DNA of 45,261 nucleotides from IMG/VR virus record IMGVR_UViG_3300034127_000011, positions 1 to 45,261 of that record; one strand, 5' to 3'. Below the pieces are notes generated by a model that was given only the letters and a program-made list of their open reading frames with translations, was not told the DNA's origin and did not search any database. The position numbers and the translations under genes are program-made. Below, in pieces: positions 33,979 to 42,590 of this stretch. The number at the start of each line of letters is the position of its first letter. Position 1 is the stretch's first letter. Origin of the DNA: a virus.

Positions 33979-35967
33979 ATGGGCAATTACTCCCAGGCTC
34001 AAACCGACGTTGAATGCTACCGAAACTATTTTCTGATTAAGGCCCCCGGCTTTAATTTCGAGGTCCGTCCGCACTGGATGCTACCGAACGTGATGCGGCT
34101 TCGGTTCTTCCTGGCGTCGCATGAAATCATCACGTTCAACGGCAACAACTATGACGTGCCGATGATCGCCGCGTGCCTGCACCTCATCACGAGCAACCCG
34201 GCGATCACCCCAACGCAGCTATGCGCATCGCTCAAGGCATACAGCGATAGCATCATTGTTGGGCGCGTAAAGGGCTGGCAGTTCTACAAGCAGAACAACA
34301 TCCCCAAACTGCATTGGTTAAAGCACATCGACTTATTTGAGGTGGCGCCAGGCGTGGGCATCGGCCTCAAAATGTACATGGGGCGCATGCACTCAGAAAC
34401 CCTGCAAGACCTGCCGGTTGAGCCAAGCGCAAACCTCACTGAGCAGGAAATGAACATCCTTGAGAACTATTGCGGCAACGACCTCACCGGCACGAAGCAG
34501 CTACAAGACACCATAAAAGGCCGGCTTGAGCTGCGCCGCCAAATCAGCATAGACCTTGATGTTGACGTCATGAGCAAGTCAGACGCCCAAATCAGCGAAT
34601 CCACGATTGTTGCGAAGCTTGGGTTTTACCCGGACAAAGTGACCTATCCGCACGGTTACCAGTTCAACTATCAGCCCCCGCCGTTTATCAAATTCAAGAC
34701 CGCGCAAATGCAGCAGGTGTTGGCCACGGTGCTGACGAATGCGTTTACGGTCAACGACGTCGACCAGATTAAAGACTCGCACGCTCGCGCAATGGGCCTG
34801 AGTCTTGACGCGTACAAGCAGTTGATGGAAGACACCGCAGTTTTAGACGCTGACGGGCGCAAGATGAAAACGGGGATCATCATTCCCCCGGCTGTTGCCG
34901 CGCTGCGGGTGTCGATGGGCTCAAGCGTTTACAAGTTCGGCATTGGCGGATTGCACAGCCAAGAGAAATCGATTTTTCACCTGACCGAACCTGGCAAGTG
35001 GTCGCTGTCTGACCATGACGTTGCAAGTTACTACCCGTCGCTCATCCTGCTGATGAACATGTACCCCAAAGCGATTGGTGAGGCGTTCATTGAGATTTAC
35101 CGCAGGGTCTACGTTGAGCGCCTGCACGCTAAAAACATGGCCAACCAGCTTGAGAAATCAGGCGACAAAGAAGGTGCCGAGCGTTGGAAGACCATAGCCG
35201 ACAGTTTGAAAATTGTGCTCAACGGCGCATTCGGTAAACTCGGTTCGAAATACTCAATCCTGTTTGCCCCCGAGCTGCTTATCCGCACCACCATCACCGG
35301 TCAGCTTGCACTGCTCATGCTCATTGAGGATATGGAACTTGCGGGCATACCGGTCGTGTCGGCGAACACTGACGGCATTATCGTCAAGACGCCTGCGGGG
35401 CTTGAGTCAACGCGTGATGCGATCTTGCGCGCATGGGAAGCGGCCACCGGCCTTGAGACTGAGGAAACCAAATACACCGCCGTGTTTAGCCGCGACGTGA
35501 ACAATTACATTGCGTTCAAGCCAGACGGCAAATGGAAGGCGAAAGGATGTTTCGGTGAATCGGGCGTCAACCCGAAGGCCAGCCCGACCGGCAAGAACCC
35601 TGACATTGATATTTGCTCAGACGCGGTGATTGCGTACTTGGCCAGGGGCACGCCGCTCTATACGACAATTCGAAGCTGTACCGACATCCGCAAATTCATC
35701 ACCGTGGCCACGTGTGCCGGTGGCGGGTATTGGGAAGGGACCGGTGAGGTGTTGGGTAAAACGGTGCGCTGGTATTACGGCAAGGGCTCAACACACGCCA
35801 TCAGGTCGACCAAGCTCAAGAAGGGCCAGACCATCGGCAACATGGTTGCGGGTAGCACCGGCAGCGTACCATGCATGCGCCTGCCTGCTCAGCTCCCGGC
35901 AGACATCGACTATGAGTTCTACGAGCGTGAGGCCTATAAAATGCTCGGCACAATTGGTGTTCGATAA
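33979..35967 (+). CDS. Family-B-type DNA polymerase with an N-terminal 3'-5' exonuclease
   Basis: 662 aa. Exo motifs: DVE, NGNNYD, YCGND. Polymerase motifs: DVASYYPS (A), KIVLNGAFGKLG (B), ANTDGI (C). Confidence 0.8.
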   Translation: MGNYSQAQTDVECYRNYFLIKAPGFNFEVRPHWMLPNVMRLRFFLASHEIITFNGNNYDVPMIAACLHLITSNPAITPTQLCASLKAYSDSIIVGRVKGWQFYKQNNIPKLHWLKHIDLFEVAPGVGIGLKMYMGRMHSETLQDLPVEPSANLTEQEMNILENYCGNDLTGTKQLQDTIKGRLELRRQISIDLDVDVMSKSDAQISESTIVAKLGFYPDKVTYPHGYQFNYQPPPFIKFKTAQMQQVLATVLTNAFTVNDVDQIKDSHARAMGLSLDAYKQLMEDTAVLDADGRKMKTGIIIPPAVAALRVSMGSSVYKFGIGGLHSQEKSIFHLTEPGKWSLSDHDVASYYPSLILLMNMYPKAIGEAFIEIYRRVYVERLHAKNMANQLEKSGDKEGAERWKTIADSLKIVLNGAFGKLGSKYSILFAPELLIRTTITGQLALLMLIEDMELAGIPVVSANTDGIIVKTPAGLESTRDAILRAWEAATGLETEETKYTAVFSRDVNNYIAFKPDGKWKAKGCFGESGVNPKASPTGKNPDIDICSDAVIAYLARGTPLYTTIRSCTDIRKFITVATCAGGGYWEGTGEVLGKTVRWYYGKGSTHAIRSTKLKKGQTIGNMVAGSTGSVPCMRLPAQLPADIDYEFYEREAYKMLGTIGVR

Positions 35968-35970
35968 GTG

Positions 35971-35999
35971 TTGACCGACCGTCATTAGTGGTCTATCTT
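35971..35999 (+). promoter_or_regulatory. Sigma70-type promoter with conserved spacer, copy C
   Basis: TTGACC-gaccGTCATTAGTGGTC-TATCTT with a 17-nt spacer. It starts 4 nt after the polymerase stop. Confidence 0.65.
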
Positions 36000-36037
36000 T
36001 GGCTCATCGAAACGAATAACCCGGAGCAAACAACAAC

Positions 36038-36250
36038 ATGAACGCAGCAGACACCGAACGCCAAGCACTGATCATCGCACTTCGCGCTGCCACCGGTATC
36101 AACTACGGTGTTGCGGTAAGCAAAGGTAAATTTCAGCTCGAAATCGTCAACTACAATCGCGGCACTAAAAAGCCGGTTGAAGTTACCAAGGTCGGTCAGG
36201 CGCTGGTTGAAGCTGAGTTCATGGACTTTCTACGCAACTTCAAGGGTTAA
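36038..36250 (+). CDS. Hypothetical protein (70 aa)
   Basis: ORF following promoter copy C. Confidence 0.55.
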   Translation: MNAADTERQALIIALRAATGINYGVAVSKGKFQLEIVNYNRGTKKPVEVTKVGQALVEAEFMDFLRNFKG

Positions 36251-36252
36251 TC

Positions 36253-36906
36253 ATGCGGGTTCTCATAGGCTGTGAATTATCCGGCACCATCCGTGATGCG
36301 TTTGCTGCACGGGGCCACTACGCGGTGAGTTGCGACCTTGAACCGTCTGACGCGCCGGGGTTGCACTACCAAGGTGATTTGTTTGATGTTCTGCGCCCTG
36401 AGTACCAATGGGATTTGGTCATTGCTCACCCGCCGTGCACCTTCCTTTCCTCATCGGGTCTGCACTGGAACACCCGCATTGAGGGTATCAGGATCAACCG
36501 GCAGCAGAAAACGTATGACGCTATCGCGTTCGCTGAGCGCATTTGGTCCTGTCGTTCGTTCGTTCCTAAAATGGTTATCGAAAACCCAATCGGCTGCTTA
36601 TCCACGCGGTCGCAGCTTGGGCGGGAAATTCTCGGCAAGACATCGCAGTTCATCCAGCCCTATGAGTTCGGGCATGACGCCAGCAAGCGCACAAGCCTAT
36701 GGCTGCAAGGGGTTGCCGCATTACAGCTTGATCCGCTAAAGCGCTACCCCGGTCGCATGGTTGAGTGGAAAGGTAAGATGGTAGAACGTTGGTCAAACCA
36801 AACAGATAGCGGTCAGTCGGCACTACCACCGAGCGATGACCGCGCAAAGGTTCGCAGCAACACCTATCAGGGTTGGGCGGACGCAATGGCAACACAGTGG
36901 GGTTAA
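36253..36906 (+). CDS. Short C5-cytosine DNA methyltransferase-like protein (217 aa)
   Basis: It has a motif I-like VLIGCELSG, motif IV AHPPCTFLSSSG (PC dipeptide) and motif VI IENPIG. No canonical target-recognition domain is apparent. Confidence 0.55.
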   Translation: MRVLIGCELSGTIRDAFAARGHYAVSCDLEPSDAPGLHYQGDLFDVLRPEYQWDLVIAHPPCTFLSSSGLHWNTRIEGIRINRQQKTYDAIAFAERIWSCRSFVPKMVIENPIGCLSTRSQLGREILGKTSQFIQPYEFGHDASKRTSLWLQGVAALQLDPLKRYPGRMVEWKGKMVERWSNQTDSGQSALPPSDDRAKVRSNTYQGWADAMATQWG

Positions 36907-36910
36907 TGAA

Positions 36911-37117
36911 ATGAGCATGCCAGATTCAGGCCGCGACTTGATGCAAACCAAGCTCGACATGGCTTTGAAGACCAGCGAAGAGCGAGCGCAACAGTTGTTC
37001 CTTGAGGTGTTCGCGATGCTGGATTACGCAATGGTTGTTGGTCACCTCAGCCCCGGTGAGTTCAGCAACTGGCGCCGGCTGGTCGACTTGCACAAGCTCC
37101 GGCGCCAGTACCTCTAA
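36911..37117 (+). CDS. Hypothetical protein (68 aa)
   Basis: ATG at 36911, 5 nt after the upstream stop. It is the last gene of the plus-strand operon. Confidence 0.5.
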   Translation: MSMPDSGRDLMQTKLDMALKTSEERAQQLFLEVFAMLDYAMVVGHLSPGEFSNWRRLVDLHKLRRQYL

Positions 37118-37599
37118 CGCTTTAGGGCGTCACCGAAGGCTTTGCACATCCTCAGGGTGCTCAACTGCTCGGCGTACTTTCGTCGGAACTCCAAATAATC
37201 CGATTCAGCAGCGGCAGTAAGTCTTGCACCGGCTGCACTATCTCGCTCGGCACCGTCACCTGAGGTGGTGTTGGGCACGCTGGGGCACTTTGCCGCGACC
37301 CGCAGCCCGCAAGTACCAGACTTGAGGCAACGATTAAGACGGTCAAGCTCAGCGGCTTGCAGCTCGGTTGCTTTTGCATTGTCTTCTCTCTGCTTGGATA
37401 TGGCAGCCTCACCGGCCTGCACCTTCTCACCGGCTGCTTCCAGGGCCATCAGCACCGCTAGGGCGCGGTCTTCTGCATCCTTGGCCACGCTGGCCTTGTA
37501 TTGCTCGTGCTCGGTGCTCAGCGCGTTGCCAGCCAGCCAGGCGCCCGCACCCAACCCGCCTGCAAAGACTGCCGCGTACAACCAGCCCTGCGGGATCAT
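37114..37599 (-). CDS. Rz: i-spanin (Rz-like)
   Basis: 161 aa from the ATG at 37599, with an ATGA overlap to the endolysin stop. It has an N-terminal TM, a coiled-coil periplasmic domain and CGLRVAAKC. Confidence 0.75.
   Translation of the reverse strand: MIPQGWLYAAVFAGGLGAGAWLAGNALSTEHEQYKASVAKDAEDRALAVLMALEAAGEKVQAGEAAISKQREDNAKATELQAAELDRLNRCLKSGTCGLRVAAKCPSVPNTTSGDGAERDSAAGARLTAAAESDYLEFRRKYAEQLSTLRMCKAFGDALKR
37161..37379 (-). CDS. Rz1: o-spanin lipoprotein (Rz1-like), fully embedded in Rz in the +1 frame
   Basis: 72 aa, MQKQPSCKPLSLTVLIVASSLVLAGCGS. It has a canonical LAGC lipobox and a Pro-rich mature part. Confidence 0.75.
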   Translation of the reverse strand: MQKQPSCKPLSLTVLIVASSLVLAGCGSRQSAPACPTPPQVTVPSEIVQPVQDLLPLLNRIIWSSDESTPSS

Positions 37600-38066
37600 G
37601 CGCACGCCAGCACAGCGGCGTCATAGCGGGCTTCCCATTTGTCGGGGTGCGGCTTGCCAGGGCGCCAGGTACGCAGGTACAAGTCCCACGCTGCGTTCGC
37701 CTGGCCAATGGCGGGGAGTTTAAACGGGTCGGTCCACAGCAGCAGCCTGGCGAACGCAGCGGCCAACACGTCGTCAAACTCCAACGCTTCCCAAACCGCT
37801 TGCTTGTCGAACGATACGAACCGCTTAGCGCAGATTTCACCGGCTATCGTGCGGGTGAGCCCGTGGGTTAGAACACCCTTGACCCCGCCGTTCATTTCGA
37901 ATTGCCAGAAGCCACGCGCCGGACCATTGCCCATCTGTCGGCGGTGCTGGTAGTCCATAGATTCTTGAGCGCCGATGGCCAGCAGTTGCACCAGGGCAGC
38001 ACGCGTGGTCATCTTGGAAGGGAGCAGGCTCAGGGCCTCGTTGATAGCCAGAAGGGGATAGTTCAT
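37596..38066 (-). CDS. Endolysin (lytic transglycosylase/lysozyme-like)
   Basis: 156 aa. It has AIGAQES...GFWQF (catalytic Glu context) and lies between the membrane-protein genes and the spanin genes. Confidence 0.65.
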   Translation of the reverse strand: MNYPLLAINEALSLLPSKMTTRAALVQLLAIGAQESMDYQHRRQMGNGPARGFWQFEMNGGVKGVLTHGLTRTIAGEICAKRFVSFDKQAVWEALEFDDVLAAAFARLLLWTDPFKLPAIGQANAAWDLYLRTWRPGKPHPDKWEARYDAAVLACA

Positions 38067-38356
38067 TTTTCAACCTTCTCAATTGCGGCTTTGGTGGCAT
38101 CGCCGGATTTAGAGGCCAGGCTTGCGATCTGATTCACAAGAAAGGTATTGCGCTCGGTGAGCTTGGTGACTTCCAGCTTATGCGCCCTGCGGATTGAGGC
38201 GCGTTCCTTGCTGGCAATGCTGGTGATGTCCACAGTGGTTTGCCGGTTCTGCGCTGCGCTGATGGAATAACCGCAGCCCATCGACAACACAACCGCTAGC
38301 GCGATGTAAAGCGGGACCGCTGACTTATCCCACGCTTTCTGGATTTGCTCGCCCAT
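38063..38356 (-). CDS. Single-TM membrane protein, holin/antiholin candidate
   Basis: 97 aa. It has the TM VPLYIALAVVLSMGCGY, GAGG upstream and an ATGA overlap with the endolysin gene. Confidence 0.5.
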   Translation of the reverse strand: MGEQIQKAWDKSAVPLYIALAVVLSMGCGYSISAAQNRQTTVDITSIASKERASIRRAHKLEVTKLTERNTFLVNQIASLASKSGDATKAAIEKVEK

Positions 38357-38690
38357 TTTGTGACCTCATGAATCGTTGAAGGGTTTCGCGCTGCTCGGCA
38401 TTCTCACGGCGCAGTTGGGTCAGTTGCTCGGCCATTACACCGTTCGAAACCTTTAGTTCCGTTAACTCTTTGTTTATTGAGTTGACTGTAGACCATGCCT
38501 GTTCGGCTTTTGCTTCAAACAGCTCGGCTTTTTCTTTCCAGTCGTCACGGTCTGCTTGCAGAATCGAGACTTGGGTTGTCTCGTTTTTTTGCGAGTCCAA
38601 CCACTTGTTGAGGGCTGCCGACATCGCGAAGAACACCCCAACCCCCGTCGAGATAATAAGCGGCAGCCCTTCCAGGGATGGTGTATCCAT
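38325..38690 (-). CDS. Single-TM + coiled-coil membrane protein, holin candidate
   Basis: 121 aa. It has the TM LPLIISTGVGVFFAMSAAL followed by a long charged helix. It is the first gene of the lysis cassette. Confidence 0.5.
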   Translation of the reverse strand: MDTPSLEGLPLIISTGVGVFFAMSAALNKWLDSQKNETTQVSILQADRDDWKEKAELFEAKAEQAWSTVNSINKELTELKVSNGVMAEQLTQLRRENAEQRETLQRFMRSQNGRANPESVG

Positions 38691-38709
38691 CGGTGATCCT
38701 CAGATATGA

Positions 38710-38736
38710 GAACGCCAGGCAAGGCGCCTGGCGTTC
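38710..38736. promoter_or_regulatory. 10-bp perfect stem-loop between the tail-fibre chaperone gene and the lysis cassette
   Basis: gaacgccagg-caaggcg-cctggcgttc. There is no T-run on either strand. Confidence 0.6.
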
Positions 38737-38761
38737 AAAGGATACCACTCGGTTTATGATG

Positions 38762-39253
38762 TCAGGAAGCCTGCACCGGTTTTGCGACGGCTGACACGGT
38801 GAGGTCCATGCCTTCGGTTGGCTGCACGGGCCACGTGACGGTTGAGTACCAACCGGTCTGCGTGGTCACACGCCCCAGCAGGATTGCGTAGGTTTTCCAC
38901 GCCTTCAATTGCAGCGTACGCACGGGTAGTTCCGCTTCCTCTTCAGGGGTTGCCATTTCCAGCTCAATTGCATCATTGAGCGTGCCGATACGATTAGTTA
39001 GCGCGGTCTTTTGAGCCGTAGCTATTTGGCTAAGACCTTGCAACTTTTGGCTTTGGATGGCCAAAAGCTCAGCCTCGGTTAGCGGCGGTGGCGGTGGCGA
39101 TACAAACTCACCATTTACGTAGCTATCACCAGGGCTTGCTGTTGGTGCAAGAACTAAATAGCACCCGTCAGGTGTTGGCCAATCGCTACCATCGTCAAGC
39201 TCAATGACGTTCTCAACTATGTTCGTTTCACTATTTACAACGGCGTATCGCAT
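38762..39253 (-). CDS. Tail fibre assembly chaperone
   Basis: 163 aa. It has the AT.EE...L..WK.Y...L pattern (MATPEEEAELPVRTLQLKAWKTYAILLGRV...WP) and lies downstream of the tail fibre gene. Confidence 0.7.
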   Translation of the reverse strand: MRYAVVNSETNIVENVIELDDGSDWPTPDGCYLVLAPTASPGDSYVNGEFVSPPPPPLTEAELLAIQSQKLQGLSQIATAQKTALTNRIGTLNDAIELEMATPEEEAELPVRTLQLKAWKTYAILLGRVTTQTGWYSTVTWPVQPTEGMDLTVSAVAKPVQAS

Positions 39254-39264
39254 GGCTGTTTTCC

Positions 39265-40395
39265 TTATTGGGTGCAGAATTCAGTTACGACAAAATACCC
39301 GATAGTGCCCGGACCACCAACCTGCGAAACCGAGGTACATGCCCCACCGCTGCCACCCGTACCTTTCCCAACCCCAGAAAAGCCAGCTTGAACGGGTCCG
39401 CCGCTTGGGGTTATTGGGCCAAATGGGCTGCCCCCACCGTACCCGCTTTTACCGCCGTTTGTGGACCCAAGTATCAACCCCGTATCCCCTTTCTGCCCCG
39501 GTATGCTTAGATCGCCGCCTGTTGCCGCACCTAAAGTTGTGCCACCGGAACCAGAAAGTGCAATCGCGCTGCCAGCAGAACCAAACAACCCACCCTGACC
39601 GCCACCAGCAGTGAGCAGTCCCGCCAAAACCGTGTCGCCCCCATTGCCCCCGCTTGCCCCCGCGTTACCTGCTGCCCCCGCTGCCCCGATGGTAACGGCA
39701 CGAGACGCCCCAATTTGTGCGGCAGTGTATAGCTTTCGCTGGTAGCCGCCACCCTGACCGCCGCCACCTGTTGAACTTGTACCGCTGCCCCCTGTGCAGC
39801 CACCACCACCACCACCACCACCGACAAACTCAACGATACAAAACACCATCCCCGCCGAAGGGGTGTACGTACCTGACGCGCTAAGTGATTGCGTTTTCAC
39901 CGTACGCGCAAACCCAGCGTCACGTAGCTTTTTGGCGGTCACCGTCCGTGCGTCATCAGTGCCAGCCGTCACCTCGGCAAGCGTGGCAATCTCAGCAACA
40001 CCTGCAACAATTTCAGTTGCTTGAACGACCGAAATAACCTCAAGCCAATCGCTGTTAGCACCGGGAACAGAACTGTTGTTCGCAATGACAGACTTGTAAA
40101 CAATGTCGGAATGGCGAACGTAGGCGTTGATGCGATACGGCACGACCAGGCCAGCAACTGCAACCCACTCGGGGAATCCGATAGTTTGCAGTTCAGCAAC
40201 TGCACCTGTCACATCAAAAAGTACGCCGTTCATTTCCTGACGACCCACAGGGCGATAACTCGGGTCAGTATCAGGCAACTGGTATTGCGCACCCCACCCT
40301 TGCGAATAACTGATCGCACCTGCGGGGTCAGTTGCATCAGGTGTTACTGTTTTGTCGCCTGTTGAGGCAAACGGAACAACGAAACGCTTAGCCAT
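39265..40395 (-). CDS. Tail fibre with a Gly-rich C-terminal domain
   Basis: 376 aa. The N-terminus FASTGDK...ISYSQGW is like baseplate-attached fibres. It also has the TDDARTVTAKKL repeat motif and a G8 run followed by Gly-rich sequence. Confidence 0.8.
   Translation of the reverse strand: MAKRFVVPFASTGDKTVTPDATDPAGAISYSQGWGAQYQLPDTDPSYRPVGRQEMNGVLFDVTGAVAELQTIGFPEWVAVAGLVVPYRINAYVRHSDIVYKSVIANNSSVPGANSDWLEVISVVQATEIVAGVAEIATLAEVTAGTDDARTVTAKKLRDAGFARTVKTQSLSASGTYTPSAGMVFCIVEFVGGGGGGGGCTGGSGTSSTGGGGQGGGYQRKLYTAAQIGASRAVTIGAAGAAGNAGASGGNGGDTVLAGLLTAGGGQGGLFGSAGSAIALSGSGGTTLGAATGGDLSIPGQKGDTGLILGSTNGGKSGYGGGSPFGPITPSGGPVQAGFSGVGKGTGGSGGACTSVSQVGGPGTIGYFVVTEFCTQ
39800..39822. repeat. Trinucleotide repeat (CCA)7.7, which is (GGT)n on the coding strand
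   Basis: ccaccaccaccaccaccaccacc encodes seven of the eight consecutive Gly residues (the eighth is the adjacent GGC codon) in the tail fibre. Confidence 0.95.
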
Positions 40396-40397
40396 AG

Positions 40398-41060
40398 TTA
40401 TGCACCAAAATTCCCATTTTCAAAGTTAAGGTGGTTTGAGCTAAACCCGAAAGACGGTCGGGTTTGAACCTGGTATTTGATACCCACGCCGGCTGGCCGT
40501 GGCAATAGGTCGTAATGGTCAAGGATAAATTGCACCTGACCATCCGGCGCCTGTTCAAAAAAGTATGTCACAAAACTCATGTCGTAAGGGTCGGTTACGA
40601 ATACCCGACCTTGGCCGGTGTCAGTGAATAGCTGTTTTAAAAACCTGTTGGTTTCGGGAACCGTACCGCGTGAGGTCAGCTTGAAATATCGCAGCCTGAT
40701 AATCATGCGCTGTTGCTCAACGGTCAACCCAATCGTGTTGCTTGATTTGTTGCCAAAGTTCCCGTTTTCAAAGTTCGCGTTGTTGCTTCCAAAGCCCCAC
40801 GCAAATTTCCCGACATCCGGTGCCGACGTCACTTGCATGGCAACGTCAAGGATGCGCCCCCACACCGCCAACCCGAACGTGTTCGCGGTGTCGATGTTGA
40901 ATACGTCGCGCACCCAATTGTTCCAGAATTCGCTTTGATTGAGGGTGTACCACTCTTGCTTTAGCTTTGCCAACGCAACCAGCTTGTCAGCCCCGTCGTG
41001 CTCCCAAAGCAACGCCTTGAGCGCGTTTACGCTGGTGTCTAACGCTTGAATGCGGCTCAT
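40398..41060 (-). CDS. Baseplate wedge protein (DUF2612-like)
   Basis: 220 aa between the J-like and fibre genes. NFENGNFG occurs twice. Confidence 0.55.
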   Translation of the reverse strand: MSRIQALDTSVNALKALLWEHDGADKLVALAKLKQEWYTLNQSEFWNNWVRDVFNIDTANTFGLAVWGRILDVAMQVTSAPDVGKFAWGFGSNNANFENGNFGNKSSNTIGLTVEQQRMIIRLRYFKLTSRGTVPETNRFLKQLFTDTGQGRVFVTDPYDMSFVTYFFEQAPDGQVQFILDHYDLLPRPAGVGIKYQVQTRPSFGFSSNHLNFENGNFGA

Positions 41061-42253
41061 GCGGCCACCACTAGAACCCGCGCAATGGTCAGGTCGGCCT
41101 GATGATCAAGTGCAATTGCAAGCACGTTGCTATTCCACGTGACGCCATCAGTTGACAGCTCAATCTTGTTGACCTTAATGCGGGGCTCTACGGTGTTCAC
41201 CCACCCGGAAATTTCCCACGGGCTTACGGATGCACCAACAACCAAACCTGCGTCGCCCTCAAGCTCACCCGATGCGCCAGCCATGACTGCATTGGGGATG
41301 ATGGTTGCCCCATCGGTGTTGTTGAACTTGGCGGTCACCCGAACGAACAGCGTAACAGGTACAGGGCGGTCAAATGAAACTACGTACGCCTGCCCGCTTG
41401 CCGGCTCAATGATGCTGAGTGACACTGCGCCGTTGTAACCGCCACCGATACCCTTTGTCTCAAGCAGGGTTGACGCAATCTGCACATCAGAACCACCCTT
41501 TACACATACCCAAATGCTGTGCGCAATAAGGGATATGCCGTCAATCACCTGCGTTGTTGAGGCGATGTTTTCGCGGAATTGTAGCGACTCAACTTCGTCG
41601 ATATCGTAGAGCCTTGAAATGATCGCCTCGGGCATTGCGACCGATTGCAATGCCAAGGTCAAGCGACGGCGACGGCGACCCGCAATGTCGGACTCAGCGA
41701 GTTTGCCAGGCACTGCGGCTTGGCTGTTGTTCACCGTCTCCCAACCCAGGACACCCGAGGCAACAGCGTCAAGGCCACCCGGTGCAACTGCAATGGGTCC
41801 GTATTCCTCGGCAATAGCGTCAACCGTGGCCAACCCTGGTGTCACTTCACCGATGACAACTGATGCAGTCGTAAGGAAGCGCGCACCCGAGGCACTAACA
41901 AGCGCTACCGACCCCGCAGGAACCGTTGTGCCTGTCTGGCCACCCAGGGTCACCGCAGGAATGGTGCTGCGGGTTGCGCCTTTACGGCTTCCGCGTGTGA
42001 GCGCCCAAACTGCGTCAAGGAACACGCCGCCCGAATAGTCGGGGTTAATCTGGTTGGCCACGGCTACGTTGTTACGGACCGTGGCGTCACGCACCTCGGT
42101 GTCCATCACGACAATGGCGCCTTGTGAGGTTTCAGGTTCAAGGATTACATCAGCCCCGTAGACCTCGCGCCATTCGTCTTTGACCTCTTCCAAAATAGTT
42201 GCGGTGTCAGGAACGATAAGCCCCGTCGCAACCACGTATTCATAATTAGCCAT
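41057..42253 (-). CDS. Baseplate J-like protein
   Basis: 398 aa. Size and position after the W/gp25-like gene fit. Confidence 0.65.
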   Translation of the reverse strand: MANYEYVVATGLIVPDTATILEEVKDEWREVYGADVILEPETSQGAIVVMDTEVRDATVRNNVAVANQINPDYSGGVFLDAVWALTRGSRKGATRSTIPAVTLGGQTGTTVPAGSVALVSASGARFLTTASVVIGEVTPGLATVDAIAEEYGPIAVAPGGLDAVASGVLGWETVNNSQAAVPGKLAESDIAGRRRRRLTLALQSVAMPEAIISRLYDIDEVESLQFRENIASTTQVIDGISLIAHSIWVCVKGGSDVQIASTLLETKGIGGGYNGAVSLSIIEPASGQAYVVSFDRPVPVTLFVRVTAKFNNTDGATIIPNAVMAGASGELEGDAGLVVGASVSPWEISGWVNTVEPRIKVNKIELSTDGVTWNSNVLAIALDHQADLTIARVLVVAA

Positions 42254-42590
42254 TAACGATTAGCTCCCCTTCGGTGGTGTCCAGGGTGGCAGTGTACTTT
42301 AAAACATCCTCAACCCTGATGATTTCAAAGGCTGTAACAGCAACAACCCCCTCGATTTGCAGCAGCCTTTCCCGGACGTACACCTCAAACGCTGCCTCGT
42401 TGGGCTCAGCCGCCCAGGCGATCAGCGCGAACGGGATACCCTCATCAATCTTATAAATCATTTCCTGGCGCCTGGCCTGCACGTATTGCTTGGCGGTCTG
42501 GCTGATCGCCGGGATGCCGCCAATAATTGGAATTTGACCGTTGGCGCCGATCACAAAATTGTTGTTTTCGTCGACCTGAAAAGTGCGCAT
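42246..42590 (-). CDS. Small baseplate protein (gp25/W-like by position)
   Basis: 114 aa between the spike and J-like genes. Confidence 0.5.
   Translation of the reverse strand: MRTFQVDENNNFVIGANGQIPIIGGIPAISQTAKQYVQARRQEMIYKIDEGIPFALIAWAAEPNEAAFEVYVRERLLQIEGVVAVTAFEIIRVEDVLKYTATLDTTEGELIVNG

Noticed and set aside
32731-34074. 447-aa minus-strand ORF
   Set aside because: It is antisense to the SSB gene. It has Arg/Leu/His/Cys/Trp-rich composition and lies inside a plus-strand operon with no promoter or RBS.
37100-37130. Bidirectional terminator at the convergence point
   Set aside because: No stem-loop with flanking T/A runs is visible. The situation is reported as an unterminated convergence instead.
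38063-38356. Possible second o-spanin or lipoprotein (LSMGCG)
   Set aside because: Positions -3 and -2 (S, M) do not fit the lipobox. A canonical Rz1 with LAGC already exists. The protein is treated as a TM protein.
39265-40395. Diversity-generating retroelement targeting the tail fibre or LamG protein
   Set aside because: There is no reverse transcriptase ORF anywhere in the genome, and no template/variable repeat pair was found.
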